A stretch of DNA of 7,194 nt from Dubosiella newyorkensis (lineage in GTDB: Bacteria > Bacillota_I > Bacilli_A > Erysipelotrichales > Erysipelotrichaceae), in the NCBI RefSeq assembly GCF_001945605.1, contig NZ_MPKA01000076.1, positions 1-7,194 of the forward strand, written 5' to 3'. Made by a program: the position numbers and the translations under genes. The notes under the pieces are model-generated. The model made no database searches. It saw only the letters and a program-made list of their open reading frames with translations, and had not been told where the DNA came from. This document shows positions 6,342 through 7,194 of this stretch, piece after piece. Positions within the stretch are counted from its first letter, which is position 1. The number at the start of each line of letters is the position of its first letter.

Positions 6342-6378
6342 GAAAAAGGTCTATATCCGCTATAGCCGATATAGACCT
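6342..6378 (-). terminator. Hairpin terminator downstream of the Fe-S oxidoreductase gene remnant (could act in both directions)
   Basis: aggtctatat (6347-6356) pairs perfectly with atatagacct (6369-6378). The stem extends inward (c6357:g6368, g6359:c6366, c6360:g6365) around a TATA tetraloop. On the minus strand it is followed by TTTTTCTG. On the plus strand it is followed by atctctttatttt. It starts 16 nt after the stop at 6395-6397. Confidence 0.5.
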
Positions 6379-6394
6379 ATCTCTTTATTTTCAC

Positions 6395-6673
6395 TCAAAG
6401 CTTTGTTTTGCCGCTCAGAATATTTTGATAATCCTCCCAATTCTTTTCCAGCAAACTTGGCGTATCCAATTTATAAGGACACTTTGAAGCGCATTGATTA
6501 CAATGCAGACATTGCTCGATCTTTGCCATCTCGTTTTGCCAAGACTCGGAAAGCCAATTTTGAGAAGGCGCCCGACGCACCATCAACGACATCCTAGCGC
6601 ACTGATTGATTACGATCCCTGCAGGACAAGGCATACAATACCCACACCGTTGAAAACTGGTTTGTTTTAGTTT
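6395..6673 (-). pseudogene. C-terminal remnant (~90 aa) of a two-[4Fe-4S]-motif oxidoreductase, of the kind found fused to aldo/keto reductase domains; the 5' part is missing
   Basis: The frame is open from 6673 and reads KLKQTSFQR-CGYCMPCPAGIVINQC...EQCLHCNQCASKCPYKLDTPSLLEKNWEDY..., ending in TGA 6395-6397. The second motif is a canonical CxxCxxCxxxCP. The first motif lacks its first Cys (Phe at that position), and the frame closes within 10 codons upstream, abutting the TnpB stop codon. The track ORF 6395..6634 starts at the Met of the conserved CMPCP string, so that Met is not a real start. Confidence 0.55.
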
Positions 6674-7086
6674 TCATGCCCCGTTGCCAGGGACAGCTCC
6701 AGGCTTTGCCTGGTTGACGCTTCACAGAGGTCTGCCGATAAAGATGGTCTTACGTCCTCTCCGCGTCCGTTTTCGGCCTCCGAAGCACTCCCGGCGGCCA
6801 GTATATTGATTGCTGCATTCAGGTCACGATCCATGACCATCCCGCAGGCTTCGCAGATATAAGTACGTTCACTCAGGGCAAGCTTGGTTTTTACATGCCC
6901 GCAATGGCTGCATTTTTTCGATGTCGGTTCGAATCTTTTGATGACTGTGAGTTTCCGGCCTCTCTGGGCACACTTATATTCGAGCTGCTGACGGAGCTTG
7001 CCAAACCCGGCATCCGAGATGGCTTTTGCCAGCCTGTGATTTCTGACCATTCCCTTTACGTACAGATTGGATTTAGTATTAATGGT
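6667..7086 (-). mobile_element. tnpB: IS200/IS605-family TnpB (RNA-guided nuclease), C-terminal fragment only; N-terminal RuvC-I/WED/REC parts are absent
   Basis: NLYVKGMVRNHRLAKAISDAGFGKLRQQLEYKCAQRGRKLTVIKRFEPTSKKCSHCGHVKTKLALSERTYICEACGMVMDRDLNAAINILAAG carries three hallmarks. These are the (E)DLxVKGM box (here SNLYVKGM), the CxxC...CxxC zinc ribbon (nt 6844-6912) and the RuvC-III DRDxNAAxNI box (nt 6802-6831). TAA lies at 6667-6669. Sequence upstream of about 7070-7086 has no TnpB character. The block is visibly more GC-rich than its flanks. The 5' boundary is approximate. Confidence 0.75.
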
Positions 7087-7114
7087 GCATCCCTTAAACC
7101 TCTGAAAATTCAAG

Positions 7115-7123
7115 TGGTAGAAT
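7115..7123 (+). promoter_or_regulatory. Candidate extended -10 promoter element (TGgTAGAAT) for the plus-strand gene starting at 7170
   Basis: tggtagaat at 7115-7123 fits TGnTAnAAT. The -35 position (taaacc, 7095-7100) is poor, which extended -10 promoters tolerate. It lies 47 nt upstream of ATG 7170. Confidence 0.25.
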
Positions 7124-7169
7124 GTCATAAGAAGAACAATTTGAATTCCAGAATGAGGAGGAATGAAAA

Positions 7170-7194
7170 ATGGCAAAGCAATATGAAAAAGACT
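7170..7194 (+). CDS. Start of an unidentified plus-strand gene (MAKQYEKD...) that continues beyond the window
   Basis: Strong Shine-Dalgarno sequence GAGGAGG (7155-7161), an 8-nt spacer, ATG 7170-7172, then an open frame to the window end. Only 8 codons are visible, so no functional call is possible. Confidence 0.3.

Noticed and set aside
6299-6487. 62-aa plus-strand ORF (MMQKNTIKLIFYSDRKRS…) preceded by a strong-looking Shine-Dalgarno sequence (agaGGAaag) and divergent from the LytTR operon. It was considered as a possible AgrD-like signalling peptide precursor or a leader peptide.
   Set aside because: - The apparent ribosome-binding site is simply the complement of the T/C-rich promoter repeats.
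- The ORF runs through the terminator hairpin (6347-6378) and then antisense into the Fe-S gene remnant.
- There is no amphipathic leader, Cys-containing core and acidic tail pattern, and no double-glycine leader.
- No plus-strand gene lies downstream that an attenuator could control.
277-6597. Short ORFs in the track that overlap the long genes. They are 277..519(-), 1309..1521(-), 3436..3762(-), 3893..4228(+), 4497..4775(-), 4706..4909(+), 5276..5503(-), 5412..5861(+), 5666..5869(-), 6032..6226(+) and 6403..6597(+).
   Set aside because: Each lies wholly or mostly inside, and antisense to or out of frame with, a longer ORF that has clear domain signatures. Their translations are low-complexity (S/F/I-rich or R/K/S-rich), they have no ribosome-binding sites, and they look like frame shadows of compositionally biased genes.
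1-7194. Searched by eye for CRISPR repeats, tRNA/rRNA-like segments, long direct or inverted repeats linking the two IS remnants, and riboswitch-like leaders.
   Set aside because: No regularly spaced repeats, no cloverleaf-compatible GC-rich 70-90-nt segments and no shared terminal repeats were seen. The intergenic space is limited to 114-493, 3845-3856, 6240-6394 and about 7087-7169, and it is accounted for above.

Overview
Low-GC, Firmicutes-like window that reads as a mosaic of three compositionally different blocks. All motif calls below are by eye; no database search was run.

**Block 1 (1-3850), AT-rich.**
- The last 36 codons of an rve/IS3-type transposase (3-113, +).
- A 1116-aa sortase-anchored surface protein gene (494-3844, +). 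It has a Big_2 Ig-like domain, a Pro-rich stalk and an SPETG sorting signal, but no signal peptide and no ribosome-binding site.
- Its reading frame stays open upstream through two single in-frame stops, so the gene looks 5'-decayed or truncated.

**Block 2 (3857-6673), minus strand, about 5-fold enriched in GATC.**
- A tightly overlapping three-gene operon: LytTR response regulator (6239-5523), a 2-TM GHKL kinase whose H-box histidine is replaced by lysine (5526-4666), and a 6-7-TM AgrC-like sensor that keeps the RHD H-box but has no ATPase domain (4672-3857).
- The third gene's last codons are written by the convergent gene's terminator hairpin.
- Upstream of the operon on the minus strand lies a hairpin terminator and the C-terminal remnant of a two-cluster Fe-S oxidoreductase gene (6395-6673).

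**Block 3 (6667 to about 7086), GC-rich.**
- The C-terminal part of an IS200/IS605-type TnpB (zinc ribbon plus DRDLNAAINI).
- A promoter-like element, a ribosome-binding site and an ATG for an unrelated plus-strand gene that starts at 7170 and leaves the window.

No rRNA, tRNA or CRISPR array was seen.

The most interesting signal is the complementary-defect kinase pair next to an intact LytTR regulator. It sits on a backbone segment that is bounded on both sides by truncated genes and IS remnants.
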